Shown here: positions 26,735-40,899 of the stretch, piece after piece
How positions within the stretch are numbered: position 1 is the stretch's first letter
Layout: every line of letters starts with the position of its first letter
Source: Octopus bimaculoides
Taxonomy: Eukaryota
Reading direction: 5' to 3'
Assembly: GCF_001194135.2 (NCBI RefSeq)
Contig: NC_068981.1
Coordinates: 37,166,269 to 37,230,239 of the forward strand
Length of the DNA: 63,971 nucleotides
Translations under genes and position numbers: made by a program
The notes under the pieces: model-generated
The model's database searches: none
What the model saw: only the letters and a program-made list of their open reading frames with translations
What the model was told of the DNA's origin: nothing

Positions 26735-26940
26735 AAGGTGGTGAACTGGGAGAATCATTAACACACTGGGCAAAATGCTTAGAAACATTTCATCTATCTG
26801 TACATTCTGAGTTCAAATTCCACTGAGATCCACTCTACTTTTCATCCTTTTGGGGGGTCGATAAAATAAGTGCTGGCTATTTTATCTGCCCCTCTCCCAA
26901 AATTGCTGGCATTGTGTCAGAATTTGAAACCAATATCAAT
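26735..26940 (+). mobile_element. SINE family A
   Basis: taaggtggtgaactgggagaatcattaacacactgggcaaaatgcttag...atctgtacattctgagttcaaattcc...gataaaataagt...gaatttgaaaccaa. Confidence 0.8.
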
Positions 26941-28494
26941 TACTAAAGGATGGGTGCACAATATGTTTTTAATGCTAATAGTTGGCAGAGTTTAAAGTTA
27001 TAGCAAAAAAGAGAGTTTCTTAAAATAAACACAATGTCAAATATTTTGGTCATAAGTATGAATCTGATTAGAACTTGAGGTGTAGTAAAAATGCAGGCTG
27101 AAAACAGCAACAAGAACAATGATATTTCTGATTTAAACTGGGCACCAGTTTCTAAAGAGATATAGTTGCTTATATCGACTCCTGTAATGACTGGTACTTA
27201 TTTTATTGACATTGAATGGATCAAATGCAAAGTGAAATTACGAATATAAACTCAGAATGCAAAACAATGTAGCTGAAACAATTGCTTTCCCTAATTTCAG
27301 TTTCCAACAGTAAGCTGAGATGCAATCAACATCTCAGTAATTGATTTCGAATTGTAGTCTTCTGGTACCTCATGGAATTGGTTTTAAAGATAAACAAAAA
27401 TAGAAAGAAAGAAAAAATATACAAAGAACAAAATAAAAATCACAAAAATCAACAACTTAGCTGATATCGTATAAGTCCTTAAACAGTTATCATTAAGTTA
27501 TGTTTATATTTAATATACTATGAGGGTTTTTCTTCTCATTTTTATCATTATCCTTACTCCTCCTCCCTCATACTGTTCAATCTCTTACTTGCTTGTTTAC
27601 TCTCCTCCTCCTCTTTTTTTTTTTATTTCTTTTCTTTGTCTGCAACTTCCTAAACCTGTAACTAAACTGAGTTCTATCTGAATTGTTATTATCCATCATT
27701 CTTCGGAGATGTTCACTGAACGATTATGCTTATGATATGACTTGAGCTGGCAAGAAAGATAGTGCGTGTGTCTATGTATGACTGTTTATCTCTGTGTGTG
27801 TATGTATGACTGTTTATGTTTATGTATATGTGAGCCTGTGTGTTTAGTTTTTGTTTGTTTATTTTGTTCTACAATTCTTTTGTTTTATTTTGATTTCTTA
27901 TTTTCTTCCTAAATAGATTGTTGTTATTATTATAGTTGTTGATGTTGATATTTTGTCTTTGTTGTTGTTTTCAGCCTGCCCCTATCACACCTCAAGGCCC
28001 TGATCAGATGTTAAAGATGGCAACATTTCTCACATTATCAATCATGCTTGATACTAAGAATCAAAAACATATTTATTTGAGGAATTCTGGGAATGCAAAA
28101 TAAGACCAGGATGAGTGTTTCCTGTTAATCTTTTGTGCTTCGTCAAGAATTTTTAAAGAGAATAATAAAAGCCTTTCAGAAAATGATATCTATGCTCTTT
28201 TTCTATGGTACTTGTTGTTGTTGTTGTTGTTACTGTTATTGTTACTGTTGCAGCACTGGAATTGTTGTTGTTTTTCTTATTGTTGTTGATGTTAGGGTGT
28301 TCTCTCTATTTCTGTTTCTCACTCATGAAGTTCTTCTCACAAAAACTTCCCCCCTCTCTCCCTCCCTCTTTCCTCTTCCCCATCTCATCTTTACAGGAAC
28401 CAACACATTAAAACTTCCTCTTTTTCTCACTCCCCTATCAGTTTATGTGTATCTATGTCTCCACCTCTCTTCCTGTTTCTCTCTCATATATACA

Positions 28495-28496
<2 letters not shown>

Positions 28497-28541
<45 letters not shown>

Positions 28542-28995
28542 GTGTGTGTGTGTGTGCATAGAGGTATATATCTATCTATGTAGATAAATATATATCTCTA
28601 TCTATCTATCTATCTATCTATCTATACATGCATACATACATACATACATGCATACATACATATACATACACATACATGCACACACACACACACATATATA
28701 TATATACATACACACACACACATATATATACATACACACTCACATATATATACACACACACACACATATATACACACATATGCACATACACATATACACA
28801 CACATATTTACATGCACATATATATATACACACACGTGTATATATATATACACACACGTGTATATATATATACACATACATATATACACACACACACATA
28901 TATACACACACACACATATATATATATACACATGCATATATACACACATACACACACACACATACACACACACACACACACATATTTACATGCAT
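28497..28995. repeat. (TG)n, (TATC)n and a long degenerate (CA/TA)n low-complexity tract
   Basis: Direct inspection; explains the long T/H/I/Y and V/C/M ORFs here. Confidence 0.97.
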
Positions 28996-29565
28996 TTGTC
29001 TGTGTCTGTGAGCACACCACCCTTTTCTCTCCTTCTGGCTGTCTGTTGCTTTGTTTTCTTCTATCCATGTCTCTTTACCTCTCTGTCTTTTACTTATCCT
29101 CTTCCTTTCTCTCTCAATATTGGCTCTCTTTATCTGAATATTGCTATGTCTCAAAAGATTCAATTCTCATACCTTCTCACAGTCTTCCTTTCATAATATT
29201 CTCTCTCAACTCTCTTTCTCACTTTCTTTTCTCTCTATCTAACTCTCTACATGTTACATTATTCAACAATCTAGTCTCATCAGCAGATATATGCCATTCC
29301 AGGAAGGAAATACACAGAATAGAAGTAGAGATAACAAGATTCCTTGAAATCTCTTCTATGTTGTTTAATGACAGCTAAATAAAAACAAAGCTAAGTGTTT
29401 ACTAAAGACCATGATAAATAAATAAGAAACAAAAGCAAAAATATAAATAAAGCATAAACAACAATAACAAAGGAAAAATTAAATATAATTTAATAATAAA
29501 TATAATATAATAAAAAGGAAGTATAAGGTTTTTAGTTTATACGTGCACATATGTATGTGTATGCG

Positions 29566-29608
<43 letters not shown>

Positions 29609-32600
29609 AAGAAAGAGAGAAAGAGAGAGAAAGAGAAAGAGAGAGTGCAGAATTGAAAATTTATAATGGGCACAAATGATATTCTAGAGTGTGTGAAGAG
29701 TGTGGTGAAATAAAGCAGACATGGTAAAGTAGGAGAGAAGTGAAGATGATAGAAGTTGGGGAGATACTGAGATGAGAGTATTTGGATATATCGAAAAATA
29801 AAAGATGAAAGAAGGAGAGTGAGTTAATGAAAGAAGGACATAAAAAGAGAAGGCAAAGAATGAGATAAAGAGAGAAAATTAAAAACAAGGAAGAGAGTTC
29901 ATGTGTAGGGGGTAATTGGGGAGATAGAATTGGTTGAATATTTAGACAAGAGTCTGAGACAGGAGACACTGGGGTCAGTGAGTGAAACTGAGCTACTTTA
30001 GACAGGTGTAGACTCTTCAATTCCAAGAAAGCAGGGGATATTATAGTAGAAGTGGAAGAGACAGAGAGAGGACATAGCTTGATAATGGAATAGTAGGTGG
30101 TGGTAAATGAAGTTTGGTTTAAATAAATGGCATTTGTATGCATTGAGTGGATTTTGTATACATGAATAGAATTTATAGTGTTCACATGTTCTCTTTAACA
30201 ATGAGCCATAATAGTTTAAAATTTTTTGCCTATAAATTCAAACATATCAAAATTCTGACACGAGAAATGTGGCTCACGCAATTGAATGACAGATAGTTAT
30301 ACAGATAAATAGATAATGATTATGAGGTACTAATAAAGTCAGTACCTCCCTTAGGAATTCTTTCATTTACAGATTCTCTGTAATCAGTCCCAACACCAAG
30401 TGAAGAGTAATAACTCACACTTCAAAGAAACCATATTCTCCAAGAATTATTTGTAATGTTACTCTGTAAGCAGCACATCTGGCAAATAATGATTAATTAA
30501 ACATTTTCATTTATTCACACTTTCTTAATTATCTGACCATTTAGTCTGTATTACCAGGATACCACTGGGATTAAAGCTTAGAACATCTGGTCCAAATGTT
30601 CAATGTAATTTTGTTGAGAGAAAAACTGATATTGTTTTAATGTTGCATAGCAAAAATATTTACTTAAGTTTGTTACAGCTCATTAGGCAAAAAGACCAAC
30701 ATTGATTCTAAAAAGCAAAGGAATATTGTGAAAGGTCTCGACAAAATGTCTTGAACACTTTGTAGGTATCTAGTGAGAATTTTTTTTATTATAAAGTTAG
30801 CCATTATCCTAATGGATAATTCAATGACGTTTGACAGTAGGTGGCATGCAAACAAATTCATATTCTTTTCTTTGGCCTGTAATGGAAATCTTGTGTAAAA
30901 GCATAGATTTTACATCATAATAAAACGAATACAGCACAATCTCAATCAACAGGGTTTACTTGGGAAAATTTTATTTTCACCAGTTAATCAGTGAATAAGG
31001 TTCAGTGTATTTTTGTGTGTACCTAATCAATAGTAATTGATTTCTACCTAGGTTTTTGCCTAAGGAAGAATCCATTCTACCTGAAGAACAGAAATTCTAG
31101 GTTCTTCATCTACTTTGGAAAAACACTTTTGGTTGAACAGTTACCTCACACATCTATAAATCTTTTTACCCTCTGAACTTAACAAACCTACTTTGATAGG
31201 ATTAGGTAAATGCACAAACATGCACATTTATACTTGCACACATGTGTCAATTTGTGGACTTCAAACCACATAACCATCCTTTCTTGACAGTGAAAGATTT
31301 TATATTTTTTAAAACTTTGTACCACTCAGACTAGTCTCCATCATCTTCTAGTAGTAAGGAGAAAATATATTCAATTTGCATATTTTTTACAGTTTTAAAA
31401 TTTTACTCACAAAGTCTAGCCTTTTTAAACCAAGAGTATTAAGTATTCTTCATCATACAATAAACAAAATATGTGGATGCTTGAAGAGAGAGAGATAGAG
31501 AGAGAGAGAGAGTTAAGGCATAAAAGCATCCATAATGCTTGTTGATTATTTTCAGTTTTATGAGGTACTGACTAGACAAGAGACAAATATTTCCCAAGAG
31601 AAAACTCAGGTTTATCACAGACAACTTATCTTGTGAGAATAAATTTAACTAAATACTATGAGCCAGTATTGCTGTCACTTATGTCTCTAACATACTATTG
31701 AGAACAATGCAACTCATATTTACAGTGCAATGTCAGGAAGAAGACTCTGAACTGCTAACTTAGTTGTCAGGTACCTTGTTAGCTCAAGCACTTACTCATC
31801 ATAAAAACCAAATATAAAATCATTAATATAAACTAACAAAATTTGATGGTTATAATATCCTAAATAATTTTGTAAGTTTCACTTGTTACCTTAATAAAGA
31901 GAAATATTTGATAACACTTCTGTTGATCTAGGTGTACTGAACAGTAATTAGAGTATGCACAATACACTTATGTAAAACAAACAGAAGCATTCAAACATTA
32001 GATACTGGAGACAACAGATATATAAATAAACACAAAAACTACATCAACTGGAAAAAAACATGCACAAAAACAGATAAAAATGCTTAAGTATACACACATG
32101 TGCATACACTCATACACACTTATACATACACAAAGTGGAACATATATGGACATTTAGATAAAAACTAAATCCATTATCTCAACTTAAGGCAAACATTTTC
32201 ATACTGTGACAGCTTTAATTATTTTTTTTTCACTATCTCTCTTTTCCTATATTAAATGATGTGGAAATAATCTTAGAAATCTTTCCACTTCATTAACTGT
32301 AGAAAATGATGCTTAACACTCCTTTTATGTTTAATGAATCATTTTGGTAAAAATAATGCTTCTCTTTTCATGTGAATGCCTTAGTTTATAATGCTTACAT
32401 TGCAACTGATATACAACCTTTGATGTGTATAAAATAGAAGATTATTACTATTTTCTAAAAATAAAAAATAAAAATTAAGGAAATGCATTTTTAAAATAGT
32501 AAAATCTTAGATATTCTTCAAATTGTAGGTGGCATAATTTTTAATATAGTGTAAAATGATGAGTTATATTACATTATGTTTTTTTAAATATTGAAACTTT

Positions 32601-32888
32601 ATATAAATGAAATATCTTTGTTTAAATTCTAAACTTAATGTTATTATCTAACTACATCTATAAGCATATTGCTTAATTCCATGCAAAATGCTTCCAGCTA
32701 TTGAAGATTTCCTTTGCAAACAGAGTCTAAACCAAACATAAAAGTTCCAGCTCAGTAGGAATATTGGTTTATTGACTCATTTACTATGCACACTATTAAC
32801 TTTGCTGCTCAGTCAACCATTTTTGTAGGTAAAATTTGCATACATGTTGAACATAGTCATACTAATCTTGCTAATTCTCTCACTTTTC

Positions 32889-33075
<187 letters not shown>

Positions 33076-33620
33076 ATTGAGGGTAGTGGATTGGCAGAAT
33101 CATTAAAGCATCAGGGAAAAAAATGCCTTCCTGTATTTATTCTGACTCTGTATTTTGAGTTCATATCCTGCTGCAGTCATCTTTATCTTTTATGTTTCTA
33201 GGTTTGAGAAAATGAATTACCAGTTCAGTAGTGGGTTTGACTTAGTTGACTGATTCCTCTCTTCTAATTTTCATCTTGTGAAGATCTTAGAAAAGACTAG
33301 TGTAATGACATGAGGGTAGAAAATTGGCAGAATCATTATAGCATTTGATAAAATGCCTTGCTGTATTTATTTTGGCACTTTACATTCTGAGTTCAAATCC
33401 TGCCAAAGTAAACTTTACCTTTCAGCCTTCCAAGATTTCACTGAAATTTTCTAGCCTTTTGCTTATCCAACAAATTATAATAATAATAATTATCATTACA
33501 ATTACTAAGAGTGGTTTTTTTGAAAGGACTGGTAGTGCAGTATTTATCCATGATACTTTACAGGCTAAGTTTATAACTCATTAATGTCAAATTTACTTTC
33601 CATCCTTCTTGGGATTGATA
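33076..33620 (+). mobile_element. Cluster of decayed family-A SINE copies
   Basis: Two tandem heads (tggcagaatcattaaagca...aaatgcc...gagttca.atcctgc) at about 33085 and 33325, plus a body fragment near 33585. Confidence 0.7.
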
Positions 33621-33632
33621 TTATTAAGTAGA

Positions 33633-33795
33633 GGTGCAGGAGTGGCTGTGTGGTAAGTAACTTGCTTACCAACCACATGGTTCCAGGTTCAGTCCCACTG
33701 TGTGGCACCTTGGGTGTCTTCTACTATAGCCTCAGGCTGACCAAAGCCTTGTGAGTGGATTTAGTAGATGGAAACTGAAAGAAGCCCATCATACA

Positions 33796-33837
<42 letters not shown>

Positions 33838-34021
33838 TGCCTCTGTATTTGTCACCCCACCGTCGCTTGACAACCGATGCCCCCGCAACTTTGCGGTCTG
33901 GTAAAAGAGACCAATAGAATAAGTGTTAAGCTTACAAAGAATAAGCCCTGGGGTCAATTCGTTCGACTAAAGGCAGTGCTCCAGCATGGCCATAGTCAAA
34001 TGACTGAAACAAATAAAAGAG
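33633..34021 (+). mobile_element. Near full-length SINE family B (tRNA head, CORE-like body, internal (TG)n, 3' tail)
   Basis: A box TGGCTGTGTGG, B box GGTTCAGTCCC, GGCACCTTGGG..GTCTTCTACTATAGCC, internal (TG)n, tail ...GACTGAAACAAATAAAAGA. Confidence 0.85.
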
Positions 34022-34084
34022 TACTGGTTAAATTACAGTGGCTGATAAAATTGTCTTTACCCTTACAATATATTTTTGTTGTTT

Positions 34085-35530
34085 ATGCGTTAAAAATGAC
34101 TGTTATTATTATGACAAGGAAAGGCAGCAGACGGTCGAACGTTTTATCTTTACAAGCTTTTTGAAAACGCCTGTCTCGATGAACAGATCTTTTGATTTTA
34201 TTTTTCTGTGGGTTTCGGAAAATATATTATTTCCAGTTCTTTTTGCTATCAGGTTTTCTCGATGGAGAACTCAATGAATTGTGAAGACAGGATTAAATTC
34301 TATCCATCTGGCAACAAGAATCTAGGATTTGCCAATCATAGACGGTGCTCCGTCAGTGCTATTGATATGAGGTTGAGAGGATCAGTGCCATTTTTAGTAA
34401 GATAATCCATGATTGCATTGTAGATCGTCTCTCCTGTGTTTTTCAGTACAGTTTTCTTGAAGAGTAGGTTTTCACAAACTGTGGTACCTTTTACATAGTG
34501 AGCTAAGGCAAGGACAACACATTTGTTGCCAAAAGTGCAGTCATCCACCGTCAACGAGAATCTGCAGTGTCGCAAGTCTTCTACAACTATTGATTCAACA
34601 TCTTTGGCCATTTCACAAATGCAGGAAGATACAGTGTTGTTTGAAAGTGGAATGCTTGCTAAAACTGAGGCAGAATTTGTCACATTAGCAACTTTATATG
34701 CTTCAAGTATGGAGGACCTAATCAGATCTTTGCCAATGGTATGTGGGCTACACTCTTTTGCTATCATGAGCGAAATGTCATAGGATGCCTGCGGACCAGA
34801 ACAATTGTTAATATGGATGAGGAAATTTTTGAGCGATGAAGATGAGACATTTTTTTGTGATGATATTCTTCAAAGTACTCCTTTGGCTTGCCAAATAAAC
34901 CAGGATGGATTTTTGTAGATGATACAACAATTTCGAGGGTTACATTGAGTCATTAGTTAATACTATATTTGATACAAAACCATATTTGATATAATCTTCG
35001 TGATATCATCTACAGAATCTTTTTTCCGAGTCGGTGGATGGAGAATTAAGGAAACGTTTTTCCATATCACTGACAGCAAAATTTCTACAGATTACAATTA
35101 GACTAACACTTGCGTAAAAATGTATGTACCTGGACAGATAATACGATATGTTGGGTAAACTGTAAGAACTGCAGTTTCGTTAGCAATCCTCAATTTAAGT
35201 CAGGTAGAAAACACAATCGCATTGACTGGCCGAGAACATACAATTTTGTGTGTGTTTTTAATGCACGCAAACGTAGATCTGATTGTACATGTCTGTATGA
35301 TTGGATAGCTAATCGTCCAATAGGCAATGAGTGCACTCGGATGTGCTCACATATATGCGATGAGGCATATTTTGTTTGCAAGACATATGTGTGTACGGAA
35401 AAATTTTAATTCTTCAGGTGGACCACAGAAAATTTTCCATGGACCATCTGAGTTTTCCTGTGGATCACCTGGATTTTCCTTTGGACCACCTAGTGGTCCA
35501 CATGGACGAGGTTGCATTAAGGGCTTTCTG
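34085..35530 (-). mobile_element. hAT transposon relic (Charlie/Buster, ZBED5/SCAND3-like), 3'-truncated
   Basis: YHEDYIKYGF...NDSM*PSKL.YHLQKIHP (BED-like); IAKECSPHTIGKDLI...IPLSNNTVSSCICEMAKDVE...FSLTVDDCT; STDGAPSMIG (catalytic Asp); IH*VLHRENL (CxxH). Subterminal 21-bp repeats at 35418-35501. Confidence 0.88.
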
Positions 35531-36894
35531 CACTAAAAGCCTAAAAGAATAAAAACAGCATAAACAAATCCTGGATGTTACTAGTTTTAAATTGACAACA
35601 GGTGCAATCCTCATTACCAAGAATGAATCACGAGATTTGACTCTGTTTCAGTCATGACCAATGAAAAGAAGGAGAGACACCCATAACAACAATAATGGCT
35701 TGTAGTGAGCACTCAGGAAGAACGACTTGATAGTAGTATCACATCATCTACTAATGAAGGGCAAAGGCTGTTGGAGTTAAGTTGACTACCTTAAAAAGAA
35801 AGAAAGAATGAAAAGGACACAGTAGAAAACTACATATAAGAAGCAATAAAAACAACAATATGGGTACATCTGTGAAGAAGAAACAGTCTCTGCTTAGGAA
35901 GAACTCATGTCCAGTGAAAATGAACTTGATATTTTGATAATCTTCTCTGAATGAAATTAAATTCACAGTCTTTCACAAAAAAATAATGGAAAAAAAAAAC
36001 AATGCTCTAACAAGACTCATACAATTTACACAAGAATTTTCAGATGAAGTATAGATCAAAATGGAGTTGCATTTTAACCAGCAAATAGGTTTATAATCTA
36101 GATGTTGATTCTTGATACTTAACTTCTTGTTAGCCTTGATCAAGTACCCTTATTAATAAAGAAATTCCATCCTTGACCATCCCATCTTTTTGCATATCAT
36201 GGAAAATATTGTCAAATGCATCAAATTTTTAAAATTTAAGATGGTTGAGTATGACCTAAGAGAGATTTTGATAGGTCAAGTGATGACATAAAGGTTTTAA
36301 CAGCTTGTAATCTTTTTTTTTTATATATGTATCACAAATTCTATTAGACCATAGGCAAGAATGCTACAAAATTTATCTTGTGCCTATGTAAGCAATCAGT
36401 TTTTACTTTAACATGTCCTTTTTTATTCCCTCTGCACAGAAAATACTCTCAAAAACAGGAAATAAATAAAATCCATTTTCTCCAAAATATTTTTTATGCT
36501 ATCAACTTATACGAATATTTCATTATACAATACGTTTTTGAAAATTTGGAAAATATTTTAGAAAAATTAAATTTTTTTATTTCTTCATTAATCTCTTCAT
36601 ATTTAGTTGTTGAAGATGCAAATCAAGGGAGAACAGCTTTAATATAATAAACTATAGTGATAGGGAAAAATCTGGTTTAGTAACCTGGCTATAATAATAA
36701 TCTAAATATCTTTACACATTGCATGTAGCTTTAAAAGCTGCATACATTATTCATTTTATTAAATTTCAATATTTTTTTCCTTCTAAAATTCAATCTCTCC
36801 TATTTTCTCTAAGTAGAAAATACACAGTTTTTATTTTCAAATTTTCTTTTTCTCTTATCCTCTTATGACTTTCAAACACCATCATAAGCATGCA

Positions 36895-37031
36895 TATGTA
36901 CATACACACACACACACACACACACACAATATATATATATATATACATACATATGTACATGTTTATATATTATATATATTCATATATATATATATTGCAC
37001 AAATGCATATGAATATACATACACATATATG

Positions 37032-37090
<59 letters not shown>

Positions 37091-37130
37091 ATGAAAAAAA
37101 AAATTAGTGTATATTCATAAATATATATTC

Positions 37131-37183
<53 letters not shown>
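36895..37183. repeat. (CA)n/(TA)n/(TG)n microsatellite cluster
   Basis: Direct inspection. Confidence 0.97.
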
Positions 37184-37185
<2 letters not shown>

Positions 37186-38719
37186 TAGCTGCAGATCAGA
37201 CAAACTACACAAATATAATCTGAAGCAAAGAAAAAAAAATGTGTAGTCAGACAAGTGAATGCATGTACCTGGAAAGCATAGAAATATGTTTTACCTGATC
37301 ATCATTATCATCCTTCAACGTGGTTGAACAACCAATCCTAACCAGTCAGGATTTACAGTTCAATCAACTTCCACACCCAACTCTGGTTATTGATTCAGTA
37401 AAACTATTCATTCAATCACTGAATATGAAAACATGGCCTGGGTGATTTTTCTGAGTCACCATCTCATACTTGTAGCTTCCTTTCAATCTGTTCATCTCCC
37501 CACGTACAAGGTAGTCAGAGCCTTTTCTTCCCTTTTTATTTCTTACGCAATATTGGATAGCCATTGACTCTCCTGAGTCCTTCAGCCCTTTGTTGTATTT
37601 TTTTTTTATCCCACTAGGTGTCTGATAATCTCTCGTCATCACACAAGCCTGGTGGGGTTAGCACTTTAGTTGCTGAAAACTCGACCATGCAACAAGTTGT
37701 ACTGGGTTATATGTTACTTATAGTGCATAAGAGCAGCCTGACACAATATTGATGCATTAAGAGACATTTGGCTTTCAGTTCATTAGGTTGTTCTGTTTTA
37801 TACTGATGACATTTTAAGTTCTGAGCTAATGAAGAAGCTTCAACACAGTTATTGTTTCTGCTTGAAAGAGTGATACTATCTCCATCAAATCAAGCTTTGC
37901 CACCTTATAAAAAAAAGGTCATATTGAGGAATTTGATTCTAGATGCATTTATATCTGAAGGGAAAATAAGATGGGGTGGTTATGGTTGGAATATCTTTGT
38001 ATGTTTGTTCAGTCCATCTTAACATGAGGTTAAATGAAAACAACATTACAACTTTCAAAATGATCCTAAAAAAACAGAACAGCAATGTTAAAAATCAAAA
38101 CAAGAATTCATTAAAGACTATATAGTGTTTGAAAATATAATTTTCACACAAAAGTTCATATTTTTGGGAAATGTCATTGTTTTGACATGTGCCTTTTATC
38201 AGAAAAGATAACAGAATAGTTAAAGAAAAAGAAGAAAAAAAGAAAGAAAAATTTATCATTTGTGTGATATATTATCAAATTGTAAATGTATTATTAAATT
38301 TATATTGTAAGTAATTAGATGTAATGTCTAGAAATTTATCAATATAACCTATCTAATGGAAAATCTAGAAGTCATCATGGCTAGCACACTTATAATTGTG
38401 TTACAGTTTAGAAATTTTATTCGAAATACTAAAGTTTTTCATAAGGGTATACTTATAATTCTGTAAAGTTCTTCAAATTTTATTTTAAATAGTAAGTTCT
38501 TCATGATAAGAATGATTTGTGCCAGTTGACCTTTAACAATTTTAAGCTCAGAGTTGCTGTCAGCAACTACAATGATTTTATCATATAAATGTAAACTAAA
38601 TCTCATTGTCAATAAGTTAAGTCAGTTGTATGAACACCATTCCTATTAGTCACTATGTATACTTATTCTAAATTAAGAAATATCTAATCAAAACTTTTAC
38701 TAACATATAAACACCACAT

Positions 38720-39300
38720 CCTATTCTCAATAGTTTCTTCCATCACATTTATAGTTCATTGCTACAGCCCAGGTTTCTATGCTTAGTCAAACTTCAAACT
38801 AAACTGTTTTGTCTGTGCGTATAGAGATTCTAATCTTTCCATTAATCTCATTTCTCCCCTGGATTTTAGCAACAAAAATTATTAGGCAATGTAGCTAAGA
38901 GTTTCTGTCCTTAACTTCCCACAACAAAAACTTACTGATCATATCTCTTCTCATATCACCCCTCCTTGAAATCATTGCTCTTCAAGACTCACAACTCAGC
39001 TCTCATAGTCATCTGATAATGATTCCAATGGCATAAACCCAAATTCTCTACAATCCTAAACTTTCTTGCATCAACTAGTTTCATCCACTAACTGCATCCT
39101 GACATACATAAAAATATTCCACCAAACACCTGCGATCGTTTTCTCATTCTAAATGCCTACCTTTTCCCGAGAACCTATCAGATCAACTGACTACAAGCTT
39201 ATCATGACTACAAACCACATATCACACTATGTCTCCCACCCTCATACAGTAAATCACTTTAAGTCAGCTGGACTTGCACTCGGTAGTCACCTACTAGTAC
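38720..39300 (+). mobile_element. Decayed CR1/Jockey-type APE endonuclease relic
   Basis: Motif echoes LFCLCVYRD and HPD...PNTCDRFLILNAYLFPREPIRSTDYKLI (compare PNTLDLFLT...PLGSSDH.LI); heavily frameshifted. Confidence 0.45.
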
Positions 39301-40899
39301 TTGAGGCTCATAATCTCAAATCACATATTCACCTGCTAAGCAGGTAAATTCTTTCATTGCCACTTCTTTGTTTCCTATTGTTGATGCATTACTAAACTGC
39401 ACTGATTTTTCATTGAATTTTGTAAATCGAGTTGGCTTTATTTTTCATTTGTAGTCCAAATCTTGAAGAAAGACTGTCTTCTATTGTTGCAGGGAACTAG
39501 TATTGTGAATCCAGATAGTATTAGTCCTGTTATACTTTTGCCATTTTGTCTCATATTGTAGATCTAAGTTGCTACTTTCAGTTACCCTGTGGATATTTGT
39601 AAAGCTTCTGTGAATTTGTCCTTTCCCCAATGGTTCCAGTAGAACAATGTTGTCAGCTTAGAACTACTTAATAATGTAATGTAAATTGCTCTATTAAACT
39701 CATCCAAGGCAGAGTTCTCATTGTCAAGTTCTTAGAAGTACCCTGCAAGGTCTTCTGTGATATTTACTATACTTGTAACAAAATAGACAGTTAAGTGTTA
39801 AGTGGCCATGTGTACACACACATATACATATCAATGTTTAGACAGTTACATATGTATCCTCCTATCTAGTCTATCATAAAACAGATGAAATGGAAAAAGG
39901 AATACAATATTGAACTGCAACCTTATAGGTTTCCAATACGAATCAATTACAAATATTCTGTTGATATTTAGGGCAATTCACCTAATTACACATATATCAA
40001 TTCAACAAGATATCTGGAACAGGTCGCACAACTTCTCAGAATATAACCTCTGATAGTATTGGGATTTATCAAATAAAGAATTATAATTTATGTGTTTATA
40101 AATGCCCATAGATGCTAGCAGCTAGTTAAGAACAAACTGATATGAGCATTTTAAGTTACTGGAGGCAGTTCAATTGTAGATTCACTTTGAAAATGTATAA
40201 CTTATCAAGTAGAGGAAATAATATTCAATAAATTGCAAATAGAATTTACTCAATCTTTCTAAATCTGTTTATACTACCACATGATCTTTGGAAAGTTTTA
40301 GTGGAATCTGGTCTGTTGCAAACATTTGAAACAAGATACTGTTCTAAGAATATCAGGATCTTCTTCCCTTCTCCCATCAGTCTTGGAAGTCCTCTAAGCA
40401 GTTAAAACTATTGCCACTGTTATTCCTCTTTAGACTGATCCATCAAATGTGATTTTATAGAATAAAATACAAAATCAGGGAAAACATAGATGGTGTGTAT
40501 TAGAGTCAATTAGGCTATAAGAGGACTGGTTACTAATTAGATTTTTAAAATATCCTTTATATAAGTCGCTTGTAAATTTTATATTACTTAATCAGAGAAA
40601 TAATGTGGGATCTACTGATATATTTGTTTTTGCAACTGGTTCTACCAAGAACAGTCTACCCTTTCAGAATTAAAGAAACTTCTGAGAGAATCAAGTATAT
40701 TACCTGGTTTTGATTCCTGGCTCTGATTACTTTTGAGTAAAGTATGAGTGCCACAACATTTCTACATCTTTTCAAATCTCAGGTATTGGTGTCCATGAAA
40801 GAAATCAATATAGTTTTTCTGTTATATTAAACCTCTTTAGTGCACCTGTTGCTCCTGATCTAAATTCTCTGCACTTCAGCCATTCAGAAGCATTTTCTG

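Noticed and set aside
28618-29378. Numerous 60-190 aa ORFs rich in VC/TH/IY/ER/LS or poly-His/Ile/Tyr, here and throughout the window
   Set aside because: Translations of di- and trinucleotide microsatellites, not genes.
33633-33715. tRNA gene (also 21951-22020)
   Set aside because: A and B boxes are present, but there is no closed cloverleaf and the sequence continues into a multicopy SINE body.
35418-35501. CRISPR-like regular repeat array
   Set aside because: The period is only 21 bp with no unique spacers and no cas genes, in a eukaryotic context inside a hAT terminus.
39580-39620. TACCCTGT seed resembling miR-10/miR-993
   Set aside because: The rest of the mature sequence does not match and there is no precursor hairpin.
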